Shown here: positions 1 through 8,726 of the stretch, in pieces
Layout of the letters: each line of letters opens with the position of its first letter
Position numbering within the stretch: position 1 is the first letter of the stretch
NCBI GenBank assembly: GCA_963662795.1
Contig: OY759746.1
Coordinates: 832,001-896,000 of the forward strand
Direction: 5' to 3'
Origin: Spirochaetia bacterium
Lineage (GTDB): Bacteria > Spirochaetota > Spirochaetia > CADAEX01
DNA length: 64,000 nucleotides
Notes under the pieces: generated by a model
The model's input: the letters and a program-made list of their open reading frames with translations, nothing else
Databases searched by the model: none
Told to the model about the DNA's origin: nothing
Made by a program: the position numbers and the translations under genes

Positions 1-794
1 GCCGCAAGCTGAAGGAGGTGATTCTGTACCATATCGCGCATGGCTCCCGCTGAATCATAATAACTTCCCCGTGATTCAATCCCGATTGATTCGGAGGCGG
101 TAATTTCCAGATGGCTTATATAATTTCTGTTCCAGAGAGGTTCAAATATTCCGTTTGCGAAGCGGAAAGCCATTATATTCTGGACAGTTTCCTTTCCAAG
201 ATAATGATCAATCCTGTATACCTGCTTTTCAGAAAAATAAGTATGTATAAACTTATTCAGTTCAAGCGCTGATTTCCAGGAATTGCCGAACGGTTTTTCA
301 ACGACAATCCTTTTCCAGCCCCGTCCTGCAGCTTCAGGAATACTGCCCTCTTCAGGATTGCTATCCACTTCAGGATTGCTATCCACTTCAGGATTGCTAT
401 CCACTTCAGGATTGCCATCCGCTTCAGTGTTAAGCCCGGTTTCTCCTATCCCCTCAATAATGCTCCTGTGCATGGAGGGAGGGACAGCCAGATAGAAAAC
501 AATATTCCCTCCTGAGGCGTATTCAAGGTCAAGTTTGTCTATCCTGTTTTTCAGTTTTATATAGTCGCCGGGATCGGTTGTATTGATCTGCTGGTAGAAA
601 AACCTCTCTTTCAGCAGTACAGGAATTTCCTTCCTGAATTCCACGTCCGGGTGGTATTTTCTGCCGACTCCCAGGAAAATGGTATCCCGGGATACAAGAT
701 TTTTTTCTACAAGCTCTTCAAGCGCGGGATAAAGCTTCCGCCTTGCGAGGTCCCCGGTTGCACCGAAGATTACGATAATTGAATTCTCAGTCAT
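1..794 (-). CDS. zwf: Glucose-6-phosphate 1-dehydrogenase, 5' part (runs off the window start; absent from the ORF track)
   Basis: Manual translation from the ATG at 794 gives MTENSIIVIFGATGDLARRKLYP (Rossmann motif), RIVVEKPFG, YRIDHYLGKETVQN and RDMVQNHLLQ, all G6PDH signatures. Confidence 0.97.
   Translation of the reverse strand, partial: MTENSIIVIFGATGDLARRKLYPALEELVEKNLVSRDTIFLGVGRKYHPDVEFRKEIPVLLKERFFYQQINTTDPGDYIKLKNRIDKLDLEYASGGNIVFYLAVPPSMHRSIIEGIGETGLNTEADGNPEVDSNPEVDSNPEVDSNPEEGSIPEAAGRGWKRIVVEKPFGNSWKSALELNKFIHTYFSEKQVYRIDHYLGKETVQNIMAFRFANGIFEPLWNRNYISHLEITASESIGIESRGSYYDSAGAMRDMVQNHLLQLA
332..427. repeat. 18-bp in-frame tandem repeat (CTTCAGGATTGCTATCCA) inside zwf
   Basis: Three exact copies at 350-403 with degenerate copies at 332-349 and 404-421. 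Encodes EADGNP-EVDSNP-EVDSNP-EVDSNP-EEGSIP on the minus strand. Confidence 0.95.
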
Positions 795-838
795 TTACTA
801 CTTCCCGTATTCCGCATGGTGATACAAAATTAAACTTT

Positions 839-847
839 TGATATACT
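839..847 (+). promoter_or_regulatory. Extended -10 promoter element (TGnTATACT) just upstream of the methionine synthase activation-domain gene
   Basis: TGATATACT at 839-847, five nt before the ATG at 853, with no Shine-Dalgarno. Confidence 0.5.
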
Positions 848-852
848 TCCGT

Positions 853-1557
853 ATGCTGCGATATATTAATAATATAACCACACGAACAGATTATAGCACA
901 ATTTTTTCAGCTCTTGGCTATAAAAGAAAATCAACAGAACTTCCGGATTCATTCAAAAAAGAGATTAAAGGGTGGATAGATGAAGCTTCTCAGGCAGTTA
1001 AGCTTGACGCTGTTACAGCCAGGTGTGAAATATCGTTTCCTGATGATAAGTCAGTTCTTGTTTCGCATGAGGGCAACCCTCCTTTAGGATATAATCCTTT
1101 AGGATATAATCCTTTAGGATATAATCCTTTAGGAAATAATCCTGAAGGGAAACAGCCTGAAACCATACGGATTGAAAGCGCTTCGCTGCGCAAATTCCTT
1201 TCCTCTTCTTCCAAAGCGCTGATTATGGGGATAACGGCCGGCAGCGCCGTCACTGAACTGATAGATAAATACCAGAGAGAAAACATGACTAAAGCTGTAG
1301 TCCTTGACGCCGCGGCAGGAGAGATTGTCGATACAGGTCTTGATTATATTGTTTCACTTTTAAACAGGGAGCTTTTAAGGGAATCGGGCAGGCTCCTGTC
1401 AAAAAGATTTTCACCCGGGTATGGCGACCTGACGCTGAATGCGCAGGGAGAATTTTTCAGGCTGCTTGATATGGAAAAACTTGAGGTAAGCCTTACAGAA
1501 AGCTTTATTCTAAATCCGCGGAAATCAGTGATTGCAATAACGGGGATTGTTTATTAA
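853..1557 (+). CDS. Stand-alone B12-dependent methionine synthase reactivation (AdoMet-binding) domain protein
   Basis: RFSPGYGDL and LNPRKSVIAITG motifs; lies directly upstream of a MetH that lacks this domain. ATG 853 preferred over the TTG at 838. Confidence 0.88.
   Translation: MLRYINNITTRTDYSTIFSALGYKRKSTELPDSFKKEIKGWIDEASQAVKLDAVTARCEISFPDDKSVLVSHEGNPPLGYNPLGYNPLGYNPLGNNPEGKQPETIRIESASLRKFLSSSSKALIMGITAGSAVTELIDKYQRENMTKAVVLDAAAGEIVDTGLDYIVSLLNRELLRESGRLLSKRFSPGYGDLTLNAQGEFFRLLDMEKLEVSLTESFILNPRKSVIAITGIVY
1081..1140. repeat. 15-bp in-frame tandem repeat (CCTTTAGGATATAAT)x4
   Basis: Three exact copies plus one with a single mismatch, encoding PLGYN-PLGYN-PLGYN-PLGNN. Confidence 0.95.
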
Positions 1558-1578
1558 CATCTCTCTTAAGGATAAAAC

Positions 1579-4011
1579 ATGACAGAAAAAAAACACATTT
1601 CAGACATGCTCTCTGATAAAATCATTGTACTTGACGGTGCGACAGGGACAGAACTTCAGAAAAGAGGGATGCCTGCAGGGGTATGCCCTGAATTATGGGC
1701 CATTGAAAACCGTGAAATACAGAAGTCTATATATAAAAGCTATGCCGATGCAGGTTCAGGTATTATTTATACCTGCACTTTCGGAGCGAATCAGCTTAAG
1801 CTGCAGCAGTATGGAAGGGATGATGTTGAAAAGGTAAACAGGACACTGGCGGAAATGGCAAAGGAAGCAGCGGGAGGCAAAACGCTTGTTGCAGGCGACA
1901 TCGGCCCGTGCGGCCATTTCATAAGCCCGTTCGGCGATATTGATTTCGATGATGCTGTCAAAATGTTTAAAAGGCAGGTACGGGGGCTTCTCGACGGAGG
2001 CGCCGACCTTTTTGTTATTGAGACGCAGATGGATATACAGGAGGCACGGGCAGCCCTGATTGCGGTAAAAGAGATTACCGATGCATTTACTATTGTTACC
2101 ATGACATACGAGCCGGACGGGAGAACCCTTAACGGCACAACGCCTGAGGCAGCACTTGTAACACTTCAGAGCCTCGGGGCTGATGCCGCAGGCTGCAACT
2201 GTTCGACCGGACCTGAGGAGATGCTGAATCTTGTAAAACGGCTCAAGGGGATTTCAAGGGTTCCCATTGTCGCAAAACCCAACGCCGGAATGCCGAGGAT
2301 TGAGAACGGAAAAACTGTATTCCCGATGGGGCCTTCCGATTTCGCTTCCTTCGCACTTTCTTTCGCAGAAGCGGGAGTCAATATGATGGGGGGGTGCTGC
2401 GGAACAACACCTGACCATATAAAACTTTTAGCGGATGAAATCTCAAAATATAAACCGCTTCCCGCAGCAGAAAACAATCTGGTTATGCTTTCAAGTCCGA
2501 CAGAAGCTCTTGTATCACAACATGGCAGTTCTCTTCAAATAATCGGGGAAAGGATAAATCCTACAGGCAAGAAAAAGCTGCAGGGAGAGCTTCTGGAGGG
2601 AAAACTCTCTATTGTAAGGGCAATGGCATCCCGGCAGCAGGAAAGCGGGGCACAGCTTCTCGACATAAACGCCGGAATGCCGGGCATTGATGAGAAAGAG
2701 ACTGTAATTAAAATCATAAACATGCTCGCTCCTGTATGCCGCCTTCCTCTTGTAATTGACTCATCCTCGCCTGATGTTGTTGAGGCTGCCCTGCGGATTT
2801 ACCCGGGAAGGGCGCTCATCAATTCAATTTCAGGTGAAAAAAGCAAAATGGAAAAACTCCTGCCGCTTGCAGCGAAATACGGGGCAATGTTTATTCTCCT
2901 GCCGGTTGCAGACAACGAACTGCCCTCCTCTCACAAAAGGAGGGGAGAAATCGCTGGAACTGTTTATGAAAGCGCTAAAAAACTGGGATTTACCAAAAAC
3001 GACATAATAGTTGACGCCCTTGTAATGACAGTGTCTTCAAGCCCTGAAGCTGCCCTCGAGACGCTTAAAACCATAAGGTGGGCATCTGAAAACGGCTTTT
3101 CATCGGTAATAGGACTTTCCAACGTCTCATTCGGACTTCCGCAGAGGGTTATAGTCAATTCATCATTTCTATCTATGGCAGCAGTCTCAGGTCTTACCCA
3201 TGCAATAGCAAATCCTGATGAAACAGCCCTTATGTGGGCAAAACACGCGTCCGCACTGCTTATGGGAAAGGATAAGGATGCATCGGCGTTTCTGGAATTT
3301 GCTTCTGTCCACAGCGAAACCCCGACAGGTCCTAAAACAGCTGAAATGAAAAAAAATTCTTCACGGCCGGCAGAAACTGACGTATCATCTGATACGATAA
3401 GCGAAGGTATTATTTCAGGTGTAAGGGAAGATATTGTAATTCCCTTAAACTGGGCACTTGAAAAAGGGGGGGACCCGGCGAAAATTCTTGAAACAATAAT
3501 GATTCCCGCCATCCTCCATGTCGGAGAACTTTACGACAGCAGAAAATATTTTCTTCCCCAGCTTATAGCAAGCGCAGAAACAATGAAAAAGGGGTTTGAG
3601 ATACTTGAGCCTCTTCTGGGGGAAAACGGCAGAAAATCATGTGGAAAAATACTTTTTGCGACAGTTGAGGGAGATATTCACGACATCGGGAAAAACATAG
3701 TAGTGCTGATGATGCGCAATTACGGTTTTGATGTTATGGATCTCGGGAAAGATGTGGCAACCGATAGAATAATAAATGCCGCTAAGGAGTTTAAGCCTGA
3801 TATTATCGCCCTTTCGGCGCTGATGACAACGACAATGGTTAAAATGCCGGAAATTATCGCCCGAGCGGAAGCTGAAAACATCAAAGTTCCGTTTATGGCA
3901 GGGGGAGCTGTTGTAACCCGGGAATGGTCCGGATCTATCGGCGCCCATTATTCAAAAGACGGGGTAGAAGCTGTAAGAGTTGCATCTTCTCTTATGGTCA
4001 GTAATGTTTAG
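1579..4011 (+). CDS. metH: Cobalamin-dependent methionine synthase (homocysteine-binding, pterin-binding, cap and B12-binding domains; no activation domain)
   Basis: LDGATGT, GCNCSTGP and GGCCGTTP (Zn ligands), IIGERINPTGKK, and the B12 motif EGDIHDIGKNIV...LSALMTTT. Confidence 0.95.
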   Translation: MTEKKHISDMLSDKIIVLDGATGTELQKRGMPAGVCPELWAIENREIQKSIYKSYADAGSGIIYTCTFGANQLKLQQYGRDDVEKVNRTLAEMAKEAAGGKTLVAGDIGPCGHFISPFGDIDFDDAVKMFKRQVRGLLDGGADLFVIETQMDIQEARAALIAVKEITDAFTIVTMTYEPDGRTLNGTTPEAALVTLQSLGADAAGCNCSTGPEEMLNLVKRLKGISRVPIVAKPNAGMPRIENGKTVFPMGPSDFASFALSFAEAGVNMMGGCCGTTPDHIKLLADEISKYKPLPAAENNLVMLSSPTEALVSQHGSSLQIIGERINPTGKKKLQGELLEGKLSIVRAMASRQQESGAQLLDINAGMPGIDEKETVIKIINMLAPVCRLPLVIDSSSPDVVEAALRIYPGRALINSISGEKSKMEKLLPLAAKYGAMFILLPVADNELPSSHKRRGEIAGTVYESAKKLGFTKNDIIVDALVMTVSSSPEAALETLKTIRWASENGFSSVIGLSNVSFGLPQRVIVNSSFLSMAAVSGLTHAIANPDETALMWAKHASALLMGKDKDASAFLEFASVHSETPTGPKTAEMKKNSSRPAETDVSSDTISEGIISGVREDIVIPLNWALEKGGDPAKILETIMIPAILHVGELYDSRKYFLPQLIASAETMKKGFEILEPLLGENGRKSCGKILFATVEGDIHDIGKNIVVLMMRNYGFDVMDLGKDVATDRIINAAKEFKPDIIALSALMTTTMVKMPEIIARAEAENIKVPFMAGGAVVTREWSGSIGAHYSKDGVEAVRVASSLMVSNV

Positions 4012-4014
4012 TTT

Positions 4015-5718
4015 TTAAACTTCCCCTCCACTCTGGGGATCTTCATTCTTTTCAAACATCTTAAGGTTCTGGTACAGATACCTTTTTATTTTTTTTGTAG
4101 GGGTTTTTTCAAACGGGTTTTTCTGCTCAAGCATTAATCCGATTTTTGAAAAATTATTAAGCTGGGCGTTGACGCTTTTTTTAATTTCCGCCAGATGATG
4201 AGAAAAGTAGTCCTGAAGCTGTCTTCCGCTTTCTGCTGCATCTTCCTTCAAGTCCTCGAATTTGTTTTTCAGATCTTCATAGTTAAGCTGAACAAGCGCA
4301 ACAAGCATTCCCTTGTCCTCAACAACAACAGAATCCTCCACAAATGCGCAGCTGTTGATTACGCTTTCAATAGATTCAGGATAGATATTCTCACCGCTCG
4401 GCCCCAGAATCATGTTTTTAATTCTTCCCTTGATATAAAGATAGCCGTCTTCTCCGAAAGAACCGAGATCCCCTGTTCTGAACCATCCATCTTCAGTAAA
4501 CACTTCACTGGTCAGTTTTTCGTCCCTGTAATAGCCTTTCATTACATTCGGCCCCTTTACAAGTATTTCTCCGGAATCCCCTTCTCCGGCAGATTTATCC
4601 AGTTTTACCTCAACACCGGCAAGCAGTCGGCCTGTGGATCTGTACCGGGTACAGACTGCGTTATCACCGGCGATCAGAGGAGATGTTTCTGTTAATCCGT
4701 AGCCTATTGCATAGGGGAAATGAGCTTCCCTGAGGAATTTCTCAACATCAGGGGCAAGAGGTGCTCCTCCCACACCGAAAAAGTATATCCTTCCGCCGAA
4801 CAACTTTTTAAGCTTTATTCCCGCAATCCGGTTAAGTATCCGCCTGAAGAAAGGAATTGCGTAGAGTTTTGCAGTAATTTTTTTTTCAGTGAATGTCTTG
4901 TATATCTTCTGTCTGTAGATTTTTTCAATTAAAAGAGGAACAGAGAGCATTACGCCCGGTTTTATCTTCTTAAGCGCGGGAAGAAGAACATTAGGGACAG
5001 GCGGTCTTCCGAGGTAATAAATAGCCGCTCCTACAGAAAACGGAACAAGCATGCCGATTGTACACTCGTAGGAATGGGAAAGGGGAAGAATTGAGACAAA
5101 TCTTTCCTGTTCAAACATTTCAGGAATTGCGCTTGAAGTTATTGCGTTGGACAGGATGTTTTTATGCGTAAGCATCACACCTTTGGAGTTACCTGTAGTC
5201 CCTGATGTATATATGATTGATGCAACATCATCCTCGTTATGTTCAACATCCTTAAGGTTTATCGTATGGCCGGAAACTACCGGCTGCGGAAATTCAAGCG
5301 TTTCCATCATAACAGAAGTAAGCCCTTCGCTGCATAATTTTGAAACTTTCGGGTAAAGCTTTTCAGAAACAAATATAAGAGCGCACCCGGCATGTTTTAT
5401 GATATTTTCAATTTCTGTATCTTTAAAATCAGGCAGAACAGGGACAGCAGCGGCTCCTGACAGGGCAATTGCAAAATAGGAAACAACCCAGTTGGGCATG
5501 TTTTCTCCGAGGATTGCAACTTTACTCCCTTTACCCATACCGGCCGCCAGAAGGTTTTCTGCTGTTCTTTCAGTCATTTTTTCAACTTCACTGTAAGTCA
5601 AAGGCTCTGAATCAATTAATGCAAGGGCCGCCTGGTCTCCATATCTTTTTGAAGCGCTTCTCAGAAACGCTTCCAGTGTCATCCTGTCGAGTTTCATTAT
5701 TTGTGCTTTTTTTGCCAC
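4015..5718 (-). CDS. Long-chain fatty acid--CoA ligase (AMP-binding family)
   Basis: YTSGTTGNSKG, GYGLTETSP, WFRTGDLG and GRIKNMILGPSGENIYPE motifs. Confidence 0.92.
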   Translation of the reverse strand: MAKKAQIMKLDRMTLEAFLRSASKRYGDQAALALIDSEPLTYSEVEKMTERTAENLLAAGMGKGSKVAILGENMPNWVVSYFAIALSGAAAVPVLPDFKDTEIENIIKHAGCALIFVSEKLYPKVSKLCSEGLTSVMMETLEFPQPVVSGHTINLKDVEHNEDDVASIIYTSGTTGNSKGVMLTHKNILSNAITSSAIPEMFEQERFVSILPLSHSYECTIGMLVPFSVGAAIYYLGRPPVPNVLLPALKKIKPGVMLSVPLLIEKIYRQKIYKTFTEKKITAKLYAIPFFRRILNRIAGIKLKKLFGGRIYFFGVGGAPLAPDVEKFLREAHFPYAIGYGLTETSPLIAGDNAVCTRYRSTGRLLAGVEVKLDKSAGEGDSGEILVKGPNVMKGYYRDEKLTSEVFTEDGWFRTGDLGSFGEDGYLYIKGRIKNMILGPSGENIYPESIESVINSCAFVEDSVVVEDKGMLVALVQLNYEDLKNKFEDLKEDAAESGRQLQDYFSHHLAEIKKSVNAQLNNFSKIGLMLEQKNPFEKTPTKKIKRYLYQNLKMFEKNEDPQSGGEV

Positions 5719-5747
5719 AGCATCACCGCCTTCTTGATTACATTAAA

Positions 5748-5770
5748 CAGGCCGGATTGGAACCGGCCTG
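5748..5770. terminator. Stem-loop CAGGCCGG-N7-CCGGCCTG upstream of the acyl-CoA ligase start
   Basis: Perfect 8-bp stem with only a short T run after it on the minus strand. Could be a terminator, attenuator or operator. Confidence 0.4.
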
Positions 5771-5960
5771 ACTTGAACTGAATAATAACCCTGTTTTATT
5801 GGAATCTCAAGATTTATTCTTATCTGTATATCAACATTACCTTTTAATTATAATACTTGCCGTAAGTGCAGAAATGTAAAACTATTGTAAAACTTTCAGG
5901 CAGCACCGGCAAACCAGACTGTTTTCCTGCATCGCGGGAAGAGCTTCTGCATAAAAGTCT

Positions 5961-7103
5961 TTATTTTGATTTTTCCTGAAGCTCTTTTATAAATTCCCTG
6001 ACTTCTTCCGCCTCAATCCCGCTTTCCTTAAGCTGAAGTTCAAGCTTATCTTCAGTCAAACCGAACCTTTCCATAAAAACCTCCTGGGGCAGGCCGGTCG
6101 CAACAATAATCTCCCTGTAGGTATATTTACCCCTAATGGAATCGGTATCGAATTTCTCAAGATTTTCAGATGTTCCAAGGCTTGCCATTTTCCAGGAGAA
6201 ATCCCCCGTTGCAGTTGTCAGGCCGATAATTCCAAAAAATACCAGGAATGTAATAACAGTGAACCAGGCAGCCTTGATTTTTTTTCTTCCGGACGGGGAT
6301 GCAATAACAAGAGTGTTTTCAACAGGGCATTTATTGACACATTCGTTGCAATTTAAACATTCTGCATCAACAACTTCTTTTGCTTCATGGACTGTGATGT
6401 TTACAGGACATACTTCTGTACAAAGTTCACAGTTGATGCATGTCGCTTCGACCCTTTTAATCCTGAAATATCCTGCTTTACCGAGAATTCCGAGAAATGC
6501 TCCCATTGGACACATATATTTGCAGAAAAACCTGTCATAAAGAAAGGAACCGGCAAACGCAATAAGCAGAACAGCAAATCCTGCCGGAAATTCAATAAAA
6601 AGATCTGCTGACACGATATGGTGATATGCAGCCCACGGGTCATATGGCCTTATTACAAGATAGCCGAGCCTGAATGTTTCTTCCAGAACCAGAACCAGAA
6701 TCAGGTATTTCAGATACCGGAAATATTTATCAGCCTTTTCCGGTATAACAAATCTTTTCTTAAAAAAATTACCCCTCAGTTTTTCAAAAAATTCCTGAAG
6801 AGTTCCAAGCGGACAGATATTGCCGCAGAAAGTCCTTCTGAATGCAAATGCCAGGACAATTGTCGCAATAAGAAGAATAAAACTGCTGAGTGCAATCCTC
6901 TTTAAAAAGCCGCCGGCTGTTATAAAAATGTACAGTGACTCAAGTCCCCCGAACGGGCAGAAAGCATCTATCGGCGCTGCCTTGAAAGAAGTCCCGAACT
7001 GATGCAGCAGCCCCATTACTGTTGAAAGCAGCAGAACAAAAACAAGAACGGAATACCGGATAATTCTTGCTTTTTTATGCTCTGTTTTTAACGTTTTTGC
7101 CAT
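5961..7103 (-). CDS. Membrane 4Fe-4S protein (NapH/MauN/YccM-like polyferredoxin)
   Basis: CPFGG, FCGNICPLG and FCKYMCPMG motifs, two CxxCxxCxxxCP clusters and several TM helices. Confidence 0.88.
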   Translation of the reverse strand: MAKTLKTEHKKARIIRYSVLVFVLLLSTVMGLLHQFGTSFKAAPIDAFCPFGGLESLYIFITAGGFLKRIALSSFILLIATIVLAFAFRRTFCGNICPLGTLQEFFEKLRGNFFKKRFVIPEKADKYFRYLKYLILVLVLEETFRLGYLVIRPYDPWAAYHHIVSADLFIEFPAGFAVLLIAFAGSFLYDRFFCKYMCPMGAFLGILGKAGYFRIKRVEATCINCELCTEVCPVNITVHEAKEVVDAECLNCNECVNKCPVENTLVIASPSGRKKIKAAWFTVITFLVFFGIIGLTTATGDFSWKMASLGTSENLEKFDTDSIRGKYTYREIIVATGLPQEVFMERFGLTEDKLELQLKESGIEAEEVREFIKELQEKSK

Positions 7104-7232
7104 GTTTTTAATCCCTTTTTTATTGAATAATTCAGATCATAACATGATTATTATAATATTTAATTGATTTTTATGTACAGGAAAAGTGAATTTCCTGTGA
7201 AGTCCAGACAGCAGCGTTAAGAGTAATAAAAA

Positions 7233-7258
7233 TCAGGCTGATTCAGGAATCAGCCTGA
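7233..7258 (-). terminator. Rho-independent terminator of trpB
   Basis: TCAGGCTGATT-CAGG-AATCAGCCTGA, an 11-bp perfect stem followed by TTTTT on the minus strand. Confidence 0.8.
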
Positions 7259-7295
7259 CACATCAGAATAAATGGCTAAACAGTTTCAGAGATGA

Positions 7296-8513
7296 TCAGA
7301 TACCGTAATTTTTTCCGTAATTCTCAACTATATAATCGACATCCTTGTCTCCCCTTCCTGAAAGATTAAGAAGTATTGTTTTGTCTTTGGAAAGCTTCGG
7401 GGCAAGTTTAATTGCATATGCGACAGCGTGTGCGCTTTCAAGAGCCGGGATTATCCCCTCAACCCGTGAAAGGGTAAAAAAAGCATCTATAGCTTCCTTA
7501 TCATTGATGCATTCATATTTTACCCTGCCGATATCCTTGAGATAACTATGCTGAGGTCCGACACCGGGATAATCAAGACCGCTTGCCACGGAGTATACAG
7601 GTTTCGGCTCGCCTTTATCGTCCTGAAGCAGATAGCATTTAAAACCGTGAATCATCCCTGGTGTTCCAAGGGTAAGGGTACATGCGTGCTCACCGTCCTT
7701 GAATCCGGTCCCTGCAGGTTCAACTCCGTAAATATCAACATTCTTTTCATCAAGAAAAGCAGTAAAAAGGCCCATCGCATTTGATCCGCCGCCGACACAT
7801 GCAATCAGGTTATCAGGTAGTTTCCCTGTTTTTTCCATAAACTGATCCCTTGCCTCCTCACCCACAATCTTCTGAAAGTCCCGTACCATCATTGGAAAAG
7901 GATGAGGCCCGACTACAGAACCTATGGCATACAACTGATTAACGGGATCCTTGAGATACCCCATAAATGCTTCGTCAACTGCCTCTTTAAGTGTTTTAAG
8001 GCCTGATTTTACAGGTATGACATTGGCGCCGAGTATCTTCATTCTGACGACGTTCGGATGTTCCTTGGCTATATCCACTTCCCCCATATAAATATCACAT
8101 TCAAGTCCGAGCAACGCGGCCGCTGTCGCAAGCGCAACCCCGTGCTGCCCGGCGCCTGTTTCTGCGATTACCTTTTTCTTGCCCATCTTTTTTGCAAGCA
8201 GGGCTTCGCCCAGACAATGATTTATTTTATGTGCTCCGGTATGATTAAGATCCTCTCTTTTCAGATAAATCTGTGCACCTCCGAGACTTGATGAAAGACG
8301 GGATGCGTGAAATACAGGACTTGGACGGCCGACATAATCCCTGTAAAGGGATTTCAGTTCTGACTGGAAATCCCTGTCATCTTTTAATTCAAGATATGCG
8401 TCGGCAATCTGTTTAAGTATATCATTCAGTACATCGGGGACAAATGATCCCCCGTAATTTCCAAAAAAACCCTGCGCATCCGGTAATGTTTTTAAACTTG
8501 TTCCTGCTTCCAT
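7296..8513 (-). CDS. trpB: Tryptophan synthase beta chain (no adjacent trpA)
   Basis: [14 protein letters not shown] (PLP lysine), [28 protein letters not shown] and NLSGRGDKD. Confidence 0.96.
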   Translation of the reverse strand: MEAGTSLKTLPDAQGFFGNYGGSFVPDVLNDILKQIADAYLELKDDRDFQSELKSLYRDYVGRPSPVFHASRLSSSLGGAQIYLKREDLNHTGAHKINHCLGEALLAKKMGKKKVIAETGAGQHGVALATAAALLGLECDIYMGEVDIAKEHPNVVRMKILGANVIPVKSGLKTLKEAVDEAFMGYLKDPVNQLYAIGSVVGPHPFPMMVRDFQKIVGEEARDQFMEKTGKLPDNLIACVGGGSNAMGLFTAFLDEKNVDIYGVEPAGTGFKDGEHACTLTLGTPGMIHGFKCYLLQDDKGEPKPVYSVASGLDYPGVGPQHSYLKDIGRVKYECINDKEAIDAFFTLSRVEGIIPALESAHAVAYAIKLAPKLSKDKTILLNLSGRGDKDVDYIVENYGKNYGI

Positions 8514-8549
8514 ATTTATATCCTCCTGCTGTTATTTCTATGGATAGTA

Positions 8550-8595
8550 ACGTTTCTTCACAAAGAAACGTATAATATTAATTAAAACGTGTCAA
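8550..8595 (-). promoter_or_regulatory. Probable trpB promoter overlapped by a palindromic operator
   Basis: Minus-strand TTGACA (8590-8595), 17-bp spacer, TACGTT. The inverted repeat ACGTTTCTT-CACA-AAGAAACGT (8550-8571) overlaps the -10/+1 region. Confidence 0.55.
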
Positions 8596-8666
8596 TAAAA
8601 TATTTCAGCGAAGTTGTCCGGAATCTGATATCCGCAACATCGTATTGCTTAAAAATATATAAATCA

Positions 8667-8695
8667 TTGACATAGTATTAAGGTGGGTTTACGAT
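8667..8695 (+). promoter_or_regulatory. Sigma70-type promoter of the cstA operon
   Basis: TTGACA-17 bp-TACGAT, followed by a GGAGGT Shine-Dalgarno before ATG 8727. Confidence 0.75.
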
Positions 8696-8726
8696 TTAAA
8701 TATTAAAATACTTTTGGGAGGTATAA

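Noticed and set aside
283-495. Plus-strand ORF with SGLLST repeats
   Set aside because: It is the antisense reading of the zwf VNTR; the minus strand encodes a clear G6PDH.
332-1140. Short repeats as a possible CRISPR array
   Set aside because: The units are directly adjacent with no spacers, have lengths that are multiples of three, lie inside CDSs, and no cas genes are present.
853-4011. Split metH as a novelty or frameshift
   Set aside because: A separate activation-domain gene is a known arrangement (for example Thermotoga and many anaerobes), and both ORFs are intact.
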